Part shown: positions 47,017 through 56,254 of the stretch, piece after piece
How positions within the stretch are numbered: position 1 is the first letter of the stretch
How the letters are laid out: the number at the start of each line of letters is the position of its first letter
Source: an uncultured Lentisphaeria bacterium
GTDB lineage: Bacteria; Verrucomicrobiota; Lentisphaeria; Victivallales; UBA1829
Assembly: GCA_949282305.1 (NCBI GenBank)
Contig: CASDPB010000128.1
Coordinates: forward strand, 51,885-115,884
Length of the DNA stretch: 64,000 bases
Direction: 5' to 3'
Program-made: the position numbers and the translations under genes
The notes under the pieces: model-generated
Told to the model about the DNA's origin: nothing
Database searches by the model: none
Seen by the model: only the letters and a program-made list of their open reading frames with translations

Positions 47017-47640
47017 TTAACCCCTTGCTGTTTGATGAATGTTTATTCCGGCGATTTGTTCAAGACATATTTCCATGTCCTGATACGTTTCGATAATTTT
47101 TTCCGCGAGTTGTTCCGCACAGCGGTAGAGCTGCATGAGACGGAGCGACTCTTCCGGTTCTCCGAAGACCTGCCAGTCACCGCGCGCAACCGGTGTCCGC
47201 GGGGCTTTTTCGATGAATCCCATGACATCCTTCAGGGGGTAGCCTATGAAAATGCCGACTTCATGCGGAAGTGACATGGTCCGGCACCGTTCCTTGAGCA
47301 TGTTGAGATATTCGCCCGTCCGTCTGCATTCCCCATAGCCATGACCTGCCAGATATGCCGCCTTTTCCGGGTCTGCCAGTGTTTCCGCAAGCAGTTCCGG
47401 ATCATAGAACAGCACCAGCGCGCTGTCCGGATCGTCCTTGAGTATCCGGAACTTGAGTTTCAGTGCATCCAGAATTTCATTCTGGCAAAGACGGATTTCC
47501 GCATCGGACAAACGGCAGCAGCGTGCCACCCGGAGCAGTGCTCCCGGCTTGATTCCCGCCCTGACCGCCGCCGTTTTAATCATCAGAAAACGGAGGAGGC
47601 TTTTTGTTTGATGTTTGCAGGTCATAAATGATGTTCTCAT
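47017..47640 (-). CDS. DUF3793-like protein
   Basis: AAVRAGIKPGALL... and HEVGIFIGYPLKDVMGF resemble the DUF3793 family often found next to flavodoxin genes. The start is uncertain (47640 or 47625). Confidence 0.65.
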   Translation of the reverse strand: MRTSFMTCKHQTKSLLRFLMIKTAAVRAGIKPGALLRVARCCRLSDAEIRLCQNEILDALKLKFRILKDDPDSALVLFYDPELLAETLADPEKAAYLAGHGYGECRRTGEYLNMLKERCRTMSLPHEVGIFIGYPLKDVMGFIEKAPRTPVARGDWQVFGEPEESLRLMQLYRCAEQLAEKIIETYQDMEICLEQIAGINIHQTARG

Positions 47641-47645
47641 CTGTT

Positions 47646-47663
47646 AATTAGTTTAAACTAATT
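47646..47663. promoter_or_regulatory. Perfect 18-bp palindrome AATTAGTTTAAACTAATT (candidate DtxR-family operator, copy 1)
   Basis: Read directly from the sequence, 6 nt upstream of the first possible start of the DUF3793-flavodoxin-DUF2325-DtxR operon. Confidence 0.5.
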
Positions 47664-47678
47664 TATGATTGCCGGAAA

Positions 47679-47699
47679 AAGTCCGTTTCGGACGGACTT
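47679..47699 (-). terminator. 7-bp hairpin with a minus-strand T-run, lying between the two palindromes
   Basis: AAGTCCG (47679-47685) pairs with CGGACTT (47693-47699). The minus-strand reading continues TTTCCGG. Confidence 0.35.
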
Positions 47700-47741
47700 C
47701 TTCTTCTCTTCCGATACCATAGCAGGAAAAGATAAAATTTC

Positions 47742-47759
47742 AATTAGTCTAAACTAATT
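47742..47759. promoter_or_regulatory. Second copy of the palindrome with one mismatch (AATTAGTCTAAACTAATT)
   Basis: 17 of 18 positions are identical to copy 1. It abuts a candidate minus-strand promoter: -35 TTGAAA (47738-47743) and -10 TATGGT (47716-47721). Confidence 0.45.
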
Positions 47760-47955
47760 TTTTATGGATTTTTTATCCGCGGGCAGAAAATCTTTCAAAT
47801 TCTCGCCCGTTATGATGAACCGGATATTGCATTCACCGGATTCATCTTACCCCCCATGATGATGAATCCTACGGTGGGAACACATTCTGACTCGGCATGT
47901 GCTTCCGCGGGGACAGCATGGAATGCGGAACTGCGCCTTCCACCATCCGCGTTTT

Positions 47956-48774
47956 CTATATTTCCTCTTCTCCCGCCTCTCTGATCCAGCCTCGCAGCCA
48001 CTCCACGGCGGGACCGCCGATGTCGGCGCAGCAGTTGGAACAGAAAATGATGCCTTCCGCTTTTCCGTTTTTGATCATTTCATAGAAGGCTTCGCATTCA
48101 AATTGGATTTCCGGAACGGTAAGCGGCTTTCCGGCTCCGTAATTCCAGATGTAACAGCCTGCCAGCCGGCGCTTGCCCGGAGTGCGTTCGACCATTTTTG
48201 CCAGATCGTCCTGAAGTTCCGCATGTTCCGCGGGCGTTTCCATGTTCCAGTAGGTGATGACGTCGAACAGTTTCAGGTAATCGTCGATCGGATAGTCCAG
48301 TCCCCGTTTATACCAGACGACCCACAGATCCAGCGGTCCTCCCGGCGCGCTGTGGAGTTTCTGCCTGATCTTGAAAACCTCATCGACGGGATAGCGCGCC
48401 CAGTGTTCTTCCGGCTTCAGGAAATGACCGAAGAAATCGTCAAAGACCGCGCCTTTCACGTTGGGGAAAAGTCGTGCCTGACGGAGCACCTCCTCCAGAT
48501 CGGTTTCCTTGTCGTTTCTGATGGAACCGGAGTCACCGATTGCGGACCAGATGACCTTGTGCATGGCGGCGAGCTTCCTGCTTTCGTCATCGAACGGAGG
48601 CTGCGGGCTGCCGCACATCACGACCCGGCAGACATTCGGGATTCCGAGATATTCCGCTCCTGCCGCGGGGTCTAGCTGATTGCCGTCCGGCAGTTTCCAT
48701 TTGGCATTTCCCGCTGCTTTCTGATGCGACATGGTGTCCTGGCCCCAAAGCCAGAAACATTCTTTCAACTTCAT
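47956..48774 (-). CDS. Hypothetical protein, possibly a TIM-barrel glycosidase-like fold
   Basis: 272-aa ORF with coding-like composition. I recognise no confident motif. Confidence 0.55.
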   Translation of the reverse strand: MKLKECFWLWGQDTMSHQKAAGNAKWKLPDGNQLDPAAGAEYLGIPNVCRVVMCGSPQPPFDDESRKLAAMHKVIWSAIGDSGSIRNDKETDLEEVLRQARLFPNVKGAVFDDFFGHFLKPEEHWARYPVDEVFKIRQKLHSAPGGPLDLWVVWYKRGLDYPIDDYLKLFDVITYWNMETPAEHAELQDDLAKMVERTPGKRRLAGCYIWNYGAGKPLTVPEIQFECEAFYEMIKNGKAEGIIFCSNCCADIGGPAVEWLRGWIREAGEEEI

Positions 48775-48911
48775 TTTCCGTCTCCTGCGTTTATGCTGAG
48801 GGTTTCATGATTCCGACATCTCATATTATAGACGGAATCAGATATTAAAAAAACAGCAGGAAAAACCTTTTTTTTAACAAAAGTGCTGATTCCGGCTTTT
48901 TTTTACGGAGG

Positions 48912-49215
48912 TCAGGGGTCGTCTTTCCCGGCTTTGCCGGGGGAAATTCCGTATTTGCGTTTGAAGAGGTTGGAAAAGTAGTAGGGAACGGAGAAATTCA
49001 GTTCAAAGGCGATTTCCTTGATCGTTTTCCGGGTATTGCGGAGCATCAGCATGGCGGCTCAAGTTTCTTTTTGAGAAAATAGCGGCAGGGGGCTCATCGT
49101 ATTCCTGCTGAAAGATGCGAATCGTCTGTGAGACCGAGACCCGAAGTGCCGACTCATTTCTTCGAGTCTGACAGGAGCGCAGATTCGCTGGTCCATCCAT
49201 CGTTTCATTTCCGGC
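48912..49215 (-). pseudogene. AraC-family regulator remnant: HTH domain only, frameshifted
   Basis: The minus-strand translation gives ...AAMLMLRNTRKTIKEIAFELNFSVPYYFSNLFKRKYGISPGKAGKDDP* (stop at 48912-48914). The upstream HTH half (ALRVSVSQTIRIFQQEYDEPPAAIFSKR) is in another frame, with the switch near 49055-49065. There is no N-terminal sensor domain. Confidence 0.6.
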
Positions 49216-49543
49216 GCCAGGGGATTTCCCGGAGAATCCGGACTGTGCCGTCAACCGCGTTTACTGGGATTCGCTCAAACGGCATCTGAATCTGTTTGCG
49301 CCTGAAAAAACTCATGTTCTGGAATACTGGCTGGATGCTTCTTTTTACAGTCATTATAAAAAAACTGCGGTGAAACCGGTTTTGTGCCGCGATGTCCTGA
49401 GACGTGATATTGAGGCGTATCGGAACCTCGGAATCCATTGTTTCACAACCTTTGCGGTTTATATGGACGGAGAATATTTCCGAAACAGCGGCGATGAGGA
49501 ACTGCGGATTTATGCCGATGTCCTGAAGGAATTCGATTCGTAA
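49172..49543 (+). pseudogene. 3' fragment of an unidentified gene: open frame without a plausible start
   Basis: The frame is open from 49172 to the TAA at 49541-49543 (..VYWDSLKRHLNLFAPEKTHVLEYWLDASFYSHYKK...LGIHCFTTFAVYMDGEYFRNSGDEELRIYADVLKEFDS*). There is no Met or SD before the last ~30 codons, and the fragment abuts the AraC remnant. Confidence 0.4.
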
Positions 49544-49549
49544 GCGGAT

Positions 49550-50362
49550 TCATTCTCCGCGATACTGTTTCAGCAGCATCCGCGGAGTCGTGCCGCAGCG
49601 TTCTCTGAGGAACAGATGCAGATGCGTCACATGTTTCATGCCGACCTGATCCGCGATTTCCTTGAGACTCAGGTCGGTCTGTTCGATATAGTGCATGATC
49701 CGCTGCAGACGCAGGCGCGCGCGGTATTCTCCCGGTTCGATCAGGTATTGTTTCACGAACAGCTTGCGAATGTGTCCGGCGCTGCATTGCGCCTCCCGGC
49801 TTAGCTCCGCAAGTGTTTTTCTGAAACAGGTGTCCCGGTCAATCATATTTTTAAATTTTTCCGCAGCCGTCGCGATTTTTTCCTTTTTCTGTGCCAGTAT
49901 GATGTCGGTAAGCAGGGAGGAGGCGACGGTTTCCGCGCAGAAGATGTTTTCCGGAAGCCCCGTCTGGTAGTTTTCCTGAATCATCTTGAATTTTTCCCGC
50001 AGTCCGTGCGCCTTTTCCACTGTGAGCGGCGTCCAGAACGGGAGCCGGAACGAGTGTCCGTGGTCATGAAGCACCGTGAAGGAGTTTCCCGCCTCGTAAT
50101 GGAGCTCCGGCAGGGTACATTGGATGACCCAGTTTTCCCGTTTCTGTCCGCATTGAAACTCAATTCTGACATTTGGGGGAATCAATGTGAGCGCGGGGAC
50201 CTTGACATCCGCCACTTCTGAAATCAGCCGGCCGTCGGAAGTGCCGCGGAATCTCTCATAGTTCAAACCGGAGAGATGAAGTCCCAGGAAAACGGAGTGC
50301 GTCGTCTGGAGATTGGTCTCCGGGCGCTGATAGAGTCCGATATGGAGCATGGAAAGATTCAT
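49550..50362 (-). CDS. AraC-family transcriptional regulator
   Basis: C-terminal double HTH (LAELSREAQCSAGHIRKLFVKQYLIEPGEYRARLRLQRIMHYIEQTDLSLKEIADQVGMKHVTHLHLFLRERCGTTPR). Confidence 0.88.
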   Translation of the reverse strand: MNLSMLHIGLYQRPETNLQTTHSVFLGLHLSGLNYERFRGTSDGRLISEVADVKVPALTLIPPNVRIEFQCGQKRENWVIQCTLPELHYEAGNSFTVLHDHGHSFRLPFWTPLTVEKAHGLREKFKMIQENYQTGLPENIFCAETVASSLLTDIILAQKKEKIATAAEKFKNMIDRDTCFRKTLAELSREAQCSAGHIRKLFVKQYLIEPGEYRARLRLQRIMHYIEQTDLSLKEIADQVGMKHVTHLHLFLRERCGTTPRMLLKQYRGE

Positions 50363-50478
50363 GAGAGTGCTTTTTTATAATTTTTCAATTTTATCTATAA
50401 AATACTGTTTGAAAATGAAATTGCAAATTTATAACTTTCCCGTATAGTAAAATTCAGACGATATTATTTTACAGGAGC

Positions 50479-51372
50479 ATGCAAGTGCAGGATTATCTTT
50501 ACAGGGGACTGCTTTTCACTCTGGCGACTGGGATATGCTGGGGGGCGGTCGGCATCTGTTACAGCAAGGGAACGGAGAAAGGGGAGTCTTTTTATCCGTT
50601 CATGTTTCTGAGCAGTCTGGCTGTCGCCGGTTTTGTCTGGATCAGCGCACCGCCGGAGGCGGCACCGTGGAACGAGATTCTTGCGGTGGCGGGAGTGATG
50701 CTGCCTTCCGGTTTTGCGGGACTGTTCGGTTTTCTCTCCATGAAAAAAGCGATGGAATACGGATACCACGGGATCGGCTGGTGCATTGTGCAGTCCGCGA
50801 TGCTCTGCCCGTTTCTTGCGGGGATGCTGTGGTTCGGAGACCGTGTCACCGTGTGGCGGACCGGCGGCATGGTTCTGCTTGCCGTAAGCCTGATCCTGCT
50901 CGGTGCAGCGCGGCAGAGAGAAGCTGCTGCGGGCGGCGGGATGGGAAAATTCATCCGCTGGATTGCGCTTGCATTTGTTCTCGTCGGAATCCAGCAGACT
51001 CTGTCCATGTTTCCGTCGAAAATGTCCGGCTTGTCCGATGCGGCGCTGACGTGGCGCGTTCCTCTGTATTCCCTGACCGGCGTGATATGGCTGTTTTTCC
51101 TGTTCGCGAAAGGATGTCCGCCAATGCGTCCGGTATGGATTCCGGCGCTGGTCTACGGGGGATTTGTCTGCCTCGGACAGATTTGCATTTATTGCGCTAT
51201 TGATCGTCTTTACAAGGCGAACAGTTCCGGCACGGCTTATCCGGCGGCATGCGGGACATGTATCATGCTGTTTTTCATCTACTGCATGATTTTCAGGAAA
51301 GAGCGTCTTTCCGCAGGCGGCTGGGCGGGGCTTGCCCTTTGCATGGCGGGCATGGTCTGTCTCGCATTATAA
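50479..51372 (+). CDS. Polytopic membrane transporter, DMT-superfamily-like
   Basis: About 10 hydrophobic helices in 297 aa, divergent from the AraC gene. Confidence 0.7.
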   Translation: MQVQDYLYRGLLFTLATGICWGAVGICYSKGTEKGESFYPFMFLSSLAVAGFVWISAPPEAAPWNEILAVAGVMLPSGFAGLFGFLSMKKAMEYGYHGIGWCIVQSAMLCPFLAGMLWFGDRVTVWRTGGMVLLAVSLILLGAARQREAAAGGGMGKFIRWIALAFVLVGIQQTLSMFPSKMSGLSDAALTWRVPLYSLTGVIWLFFLFAKGCPPMRPVWIPALVYGGFVCLGQICIYCAIDRLYKANSSGTAYPAACGTCIMLFFIYCMIFRKERLSAGGWAGLALCMAGMVCLAL

Positions 51373-51404
51373 CTCATAGTAAAACAAACAGGAGGAGAAA
51401 AAGT

Positions 51405-52643
51405 ATGGGGATCAGTATCGGAATGGTGGGACTCGGAGCATTCGGCGGAGCATTTGCCGGATTGTTCAAGTCGCATCCTCTCGTGGACCGTATCGCGTTC
51501 TGCGACTGCGAACCGGAGCGGATCAGGAAATTTGCGGATGATCCGTTCTTTGCGGACAAATTCAACCCGAAGGATGTGTATTCCTCGCTGGATGAGATTT
51601 GTCGAAGCGATCTTGACGCGATCGTCATCATCACGCAGCCGTGGCTTCATGCTCCGCAGTGCATTCAGGTGATGGAGTCGGGAAAGGATGTTTACAGCGC
51701 GGTTCCCCTGATCTGTCTGCCGGACGGGGAGGAGACGCTGGAATGGTGTGACAAAATCATCCGGACGTCCCTGAAGACCGGAAAGCATTATATGCTTGGC
51801 GAAACCACCTGCTTCCGTCCGCAGGCGATGTTCTGCCGGAAAAAGGCGCTGGCGGGCGAGTTCGGCGATTTTGTCTATGCGGAGGGGGAATACTGCCACG
51901 ACGTTGACAGCGAATGCAGTCTCCGCAGGGTTCAGAATGACCGCACTGCCAGCCGGGTCGGCTCCGAATGGCCGGAGCGTGAGAAGGAATACATGCGCCG
52001 CGGGAAACTCGCATCTCCGATGGATTACCCGACGCATTCCGTCAGCGGCCCGGTTTTCTGTATGGGGACGCGCGCACTGAAAGTTTCGGCATACGGCTAC
52101 CGGAACCGCAGCGCCGATCCGTTTTTCGAGCATTACGACTTCAGCAATGTCACGGCGCTCTTCCAGCTTGCGAACGGCGCTTCGCTGCGTGTCGCGGAAA
52201 TGCGTGAGCTTGCAGGACGGCTCAGTCCGCTGGAATCGGAAATCTTCCGTATCGTTGGAACCCGCGGAACCTTTTCGGAAAACATCTGGTATTACAACGG
52301 GCGGACCTGTGCCGACGACGCATTGAACCCGCTCAAAGTGGAGCATTACACGCCGGAAAAACTTTTCGATCCGCTTCCGCCGGAGGTGAAATCCGGTTTC
52401 CTGAGTTGCGTATGTGCGGAACAGCCCGATGCGCAGAACCATGATTTCGTGCCTAGCGGACATGGCGGTTCCCACCCGTATCTGGTGCATGAGTTTGTGT
52501 CGTGCGTCCATGAAAAGCGGCAGAGTCTCGTGAATCCGTGGGAAGCCGCCCATTACATGGCGATGGGGGTTGCAGCGACCGCTTCCGCGAAACGTGACGG
52601 CGAACTGATGAAAGTCTGCGATTGGGGATATGCACCTGCGTAA
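51405..52643 (+). CDS. Gfo/Idh/MocA-family oxidoreductase
   Basis: IGMVGLGAFGGAFAGLF forms a Rossmann fold. AGGAGG lies upstream of the ATG at 51405. Confidence 0.88.
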   Translation: MGISIGMVGLGAFGGAFAGLFKSHPLVDRIAFCDCEPERIRKFADDPFFADKFNPKDVYSSLDEICRSDLDAIVIITQPWLHAPQCIQVMESGKDVYSAVPLICLPDGEETLEWCDKIIRTSLKTGKHYMLGETTCFRPQAMFCRKKALAGEFGDFVYAEGEYCHDVDSECSLRRVQNDRTASRVGSEWPEREKEYMRRGKLASPMDYPTHSVSGPVFCMGTRALKVSAYGYRNRSADPFFEHYDFSNVTALFQLANGASLRVAEMRELAGRLSPLESEIFRIVGTRGTFSENIWYYNGRTCADDALNPLKVEHYTPEKLFDPLPPEVKSGFLSCVCAEQPDAQNHDFVPSGHGGSHPYLVHEFVSCVHEKRQSLVNPWEAAHYMAMGVAATASAKRDGELMKVCDWGYAPA

Positions 52644-52733
52644 GCAGTCCCTTTCTGCACGGTCCGTCTGCGCAAACTGATTGCCGCGGGCGGACTCTTC
52701 CGATTCCCCCGTATGCTTTGCATCGGGGGGAAT

Positions 52734-53114
52734 TCATTGCCTTTCCGATTCCACGCCGCTTGCGGCGGAGGAGTTCATTTTCCGCAGGAGTTCTTCAATC
52801 GCGGGCGTTACGGTGAGACAGATGCGCCGCCGGTCCGTCTCGCTGTTTTTTCTTTCAAGAAAACCTTTTCTGCAAAGAGAGTCCACCAGCGCGGACGCTC
52901 CGCCCGCCGTGATTCCCATGAATGCGGCGGTTTCCGAAAGGGAACATCCCGGATGCGTCCGGACATAATGGCAGAGCTGGAGCGTCTTGATTGCGGAATG
53001 AGGGAAGGGGGAGCCTTCCCCTGAGTGCCGTTTCAGGAAAAGGCTCCATTCCCGGTAGATTTTCCGGTATGTCTGAAAGAATTTTTCGGGAGTGATTGTT
53101 TTATTGTTCCGCAT
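52734..53114 (-). CDS. MarR-family transcriptional regulator, last gene of the RND operon
   Basis: IKTLQLCHYVRTHPGCSLSETAAFMGITAGGASALVDSLCRKGFLERKNSETDRRRICLTVT is the MarR wHTH. The start at 53114 overlaps the RND gene end by 14 nt. Confidence 0.8.
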   Translation of the reverse strand: MRNNKTITPEKFFQTYRKIYREWSLFLKRHSGEGSPFPHSAIKTLQLCHYVRTHPGCSLSETAAFMGITAGGASALVDSLCRKGFLERKNSETDRRRICLTVTPAIEELLRKMNSSAASGVESERQ

Positions 53115-56100
53115 GGCTTTCTGTCCGCCCGCTCCACTGCTTGACCTTTTCCCGCGCCTTCTGGAAGACTGCGAACATGGGCGGGATGAATGCGATGCCG
53201 ATGACCGTCGCGGCAAGCATTCCCCAGAATGTTGTGGTTCCGATGACGCGGCGGCTTTCCGCGCCGGCGCCGGATGCGAACAGGAGCGGCAGGACGCCGA
53301 TGACGAAGCTCCATGCTGTCATGAGAACCGCGCGGTAACGGTAGTTCGCGCCGTTGATCGCCGCTCTGGCAATGGATTTTCCGGCAATGCGCTCCTGCAT
53401 GGAGAACTCCACCATGAGGATTGTGCTTTTCGCGCACAGTCCGATCAGCATGATGAGTCCGAGCTGTGCGTAAATATCAAGCAGCATCCCCGTGAGATAG
53501 AGTGCCGTGATGCCGCCCAGCGAGGCGAACGACACCGAAAGAATGACCGGCAGCGGAATCGTCCAGGACTCATATTGCGCAACAAGGAAGAGATAGCCGA
53601 AAATGACGGCGAGCGTCATCAGCAGAACAATCCGTCCGCTGTTGTTCTTCTCCTGATAACTCATATCCGTCCAGCTGACGTCATACTCGTTGGAGAATTC
53701 CGTCCGGACCAGTTTCTCAATCCTGTCCATGATTCTGGCTGTGGAGGCTCCCGGAGCGGGAATTGCGGTAATGACCGCCGCCAGATTCTGGTTGAACCGT
53801 TCGATTTTCCGTGCGCCGAGCATGACTCTGGCTTCCACAAACGCGTTCAGCGGCACCATTTCGCCGGAATTGTTCTGAATGAGAAGCTCGTCAAGCGCGT
53901 CCAGAGTGGAACGTTCCTCCCCATCCAGCTGAATCTTGACTTTGAATGAGTAGCCGTAGAGATTGAAGTCGTTGACATACAGGCTTGCAAAGTTGCTCTG
54001 CAACGCTGTGAAGATCCGGTCGGTCGGCACGCCGAGCGCTTCCGCCTTGGTCCGGTCAATATCAAGGTAAATCTGCGGCGTGCGTGCGCTGAACCCGCTG
54101 AACGCATACAGAATCTCCGGCATGACTTTTTTATCGTTCAGCAGTCCGAGCAGTTTTCCCATTTGCCGTTCAAACTGCTGAGGGGTGTCTTCTCCCGTGG
54201 TGCGCAGGGCGAAAGTCACGCCTCCGCTTACGCCGAGTCCCATGATCGCGGGCGGCTGGAACACGCGGACTTCAGCCGACGGGATAGTGGCTCCCGCAGC
54301 CATGATTTTATCCCGGATGCTGTTGATCGAAAGTTCCGGGGTCTTTCTCTGATCCCAGTCCTCCAGCGTGATGATCGCAAATCCAAGGTTTTCGCTGGAG
54401 CCGCTCATGATGGAATAGCCCGCCACCGTGATGATTTCACGGATGCCGGGGATTTTCTGGGCTTTGTCATTGAAGGATTTCATCGCCTTGATGGTGCGTT
54501 CCAGCGCCGCCCCTTCCGGCAGTTCCAGCTCGCACATCAGCACTCCCTTGTCCTCGCTCGGCAGGAAGCCGCCCTTCAGACTTTTCAGAATCCAGGCGTC
54601 GGCGGCAAGAACCGCGCCGATCAGCAGAAAGGTGAGGATGAGCCGTCTGAGCAGGAAACGGGATATTGTGATGTATCCTTTTTTGGTGGTGTCAAGGGAA
54701 ATGTCAAACCAGCGGAACAGGAGGAACTTTCTTTTCTCCTCATTGCCGGCGGGTTTGAGAATCAGGGAGCAGAGCGCGGGGCTCAGCGTCAGGGCATTGA
54801 ATGCCGAGATGCACAGGGCGATGCACATTGTGACTGCAAACTGCATGTAGATGGTGCCGACGATCCCGCCGTAGAAGGCGATCGGCGCATAAATTGCGAC
54901 TGTGACAAGTGTCGTGGCGATGACCGGGCCCGTGATCTGGCGCATGCTTTTCACCGTCGCTTCCCGCGGCGGCAGCTTTTCTTCCTCAATGATGCGCATG
55001 GTATTTTCCACGACGACAATGGCGTCGTCCACCAGCGAGCCGATGACCAGGATCAGCCCGAACATGGTCAGCACGTTGATGGAGTAGCCGAGCACCTCCA
55101 TGAAGAAGAAGGTGCCCAGGAGCGAGACCGGTATGGCGAGCGCCGGCACCAGTGTTGCACGCCAGTCCTGAAGAAAGATGAAAGTGATGGCAACGACCAG
55201 GATCAGCGTCAGGATCAGTGTTTCGGCGATTTCCTTGATGTTGACCATGATGTAGTTCGTGGGATCGTAGGAGATGAAACCTTCGACGCCTTCAGGGAAA
55301 CGCTGGCGCAGTTCATCCAGGAGCTTGTTGGCGTTTCTTACCACTTCTACCGCATTTGCGCCGTCCTGACGGTAGATCGCCATTGCCACGCACGGTTCTC
55401 CGTTGAAGAAGCCTTCGTCGGAATAAAGTTCCGCCCCGAGTTCGAGGCGTGCGATGTCGCTCAGCGTGACCTCTTCCCCGCGGGAACCGGTGGCGACCAC
55501 TATTTTTCCGAATTCCTCTTCGGTTTTCAAGCGTCCGGTCACATCCAGTTTGAGCTGAAGATAGGGGCTTGACTTTTCTCCGCCGATGGCGCCCGCTGCC
55601 ACAGGAGTGTTCTGCGAGGTGAGTTTGGATATGACGGTTTCCGGCGTCAGATTCAGTGCCGACATTTTCAGCGGATCCAGCCATACCCTCATGCTGTAAT
55701 TGCGTTCCCCGAGGATTTCAACGGTTCCCATGCCGGGCAGACGTGCGAACGGGTCCTTGACATTCATGCGGACGTAATTGGCGAGCTGGAGCTGCGAGAG
55801 TACCTTGCCGTTGGTGCGGAACACATACACCCCGATCATGTCCGTCTGCTGCTTCTTGGTGACAAGCCCGATCTGGATGACCGCGTCCGGCAGCTGCGAT
55901 TCCGCCTGCTGGACGGCATTCTGCACGTTCACCTGTGCGATGTCCGAATCGGTGCCGGGCGCAAAGGTGAGCGTCAGAGTGTAGTTGCCGTTGTTGTCGC
56001 TTTCGGATTTGAAATAAAGCAGGTCTTCGATGCCGTTCACCTGTTCCTCAATTACGCTGGCGACTGTTTCCGAGATGACCTGCGATGTGGCGCCGGGATA

Positions 56101-56247
56101 CTGTGCTGTGACTTTGACCGTGGGCGGAGCGATTTCAGGATATTCCGCGATGGGGAGCCGGTAAAGACACAGAAGCCCGATGAGAATTGTCACTACGGAA
56201 ATGACAAAGGCGAACTTCGGACGCCGGATGAAAATTTCTGCAAACAT
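53101..56247 (-). CDS. RND-family (AcrB/HAE1-type) efflux transporter
   Basis: 1048 aa starting MFAEIFIRRPKFAFV, with 12-TM/two-large-loop organisation. Confidence 0.95.
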   Translation of the reverse strand: MFAEIFIRRPKFAFVISVVTILIGLLCLYRLPIAEYPEIAPPTVKVTAQYPGATSQVISETVASVIEEQVNGIEDLLYFKSESDNNGNYTLTLTFAPGTDSDIAQVNVQNAVQQAESQLPDAVIQIGLVTKKQQTDMIGVYVFRTNGKVLSQLQLANYVRMNVKDPFARLPGMGTVEILGERNYSMRVWLDPLKMSALNLTPETVISKLTSQNTPVAAGAIGGEKSSPYLQLKLDVTGRLKTEEEFGKIVVATGSRGEEVTLSDIARLELGAELYSDEGFFNGEPCVAMAIYRQDGANAVEVVRNANKLLDELRQRFPEGVEGFISYDPTNYIMVNIKEIAETLILTLILVVAITFIFLQDWRATLVPALAIPVSLLGTFFFMEVLGYSINVLTMFGLILVIGSLVDDAIVVVENTMRIIEEEKLPPREATVKSMRQITGPVIATTLVTVAIYAPIAFYGGIVGTIYMQFAVTMCIALCISAFNALTLSPALCSLILKPAGNEEKRKFLLFRWFDISLDTTKKGYITISRFLLRRLILTFLLIGAVLAADAWILKSLKGGFLPSEDKGVLMCELELPEGAALERTIKAMKSFNDKAQKIPGIREIITVAGYSIMSGSSENLGFAIITLEDWDQRKTPELSINSIRDKIMAAGATIPSAEVRVFQPPAIMGLGVSGGVTFALRTTGEDTPQQFERQMGKLLGLLNDKKVMPEILYAFSGFSARTPQIYLDIDRTKAEALGVPTDRIFTALQSNFASLYVNDFNLYGYSFKVKIQLDGEERSTLDALDELLIQNNSGEMVPLNAFVEARVMLGARKIERFNQNLAAVITAIPAPGASTARIMDRIEKLVRTEFSNEYDVSWTDMSYQEKNNSGRIVLLMTLAVIFGYLFLVAQYESWTIPLPVILSVSFASLGGITALYLTGMLLDIYAQLGLIMLIGLCAKSTILMVEFSMQERIAGKSIARAAINGANYRYRAVLMTAWSFVIGVLPLLFASGAGAESRRVIGTTTFWGMLAATVIGIAFIPPMFAVFQKAREKVKQWSGRTESHAEQ

Positions 56248-56254
56248 GGCACCC

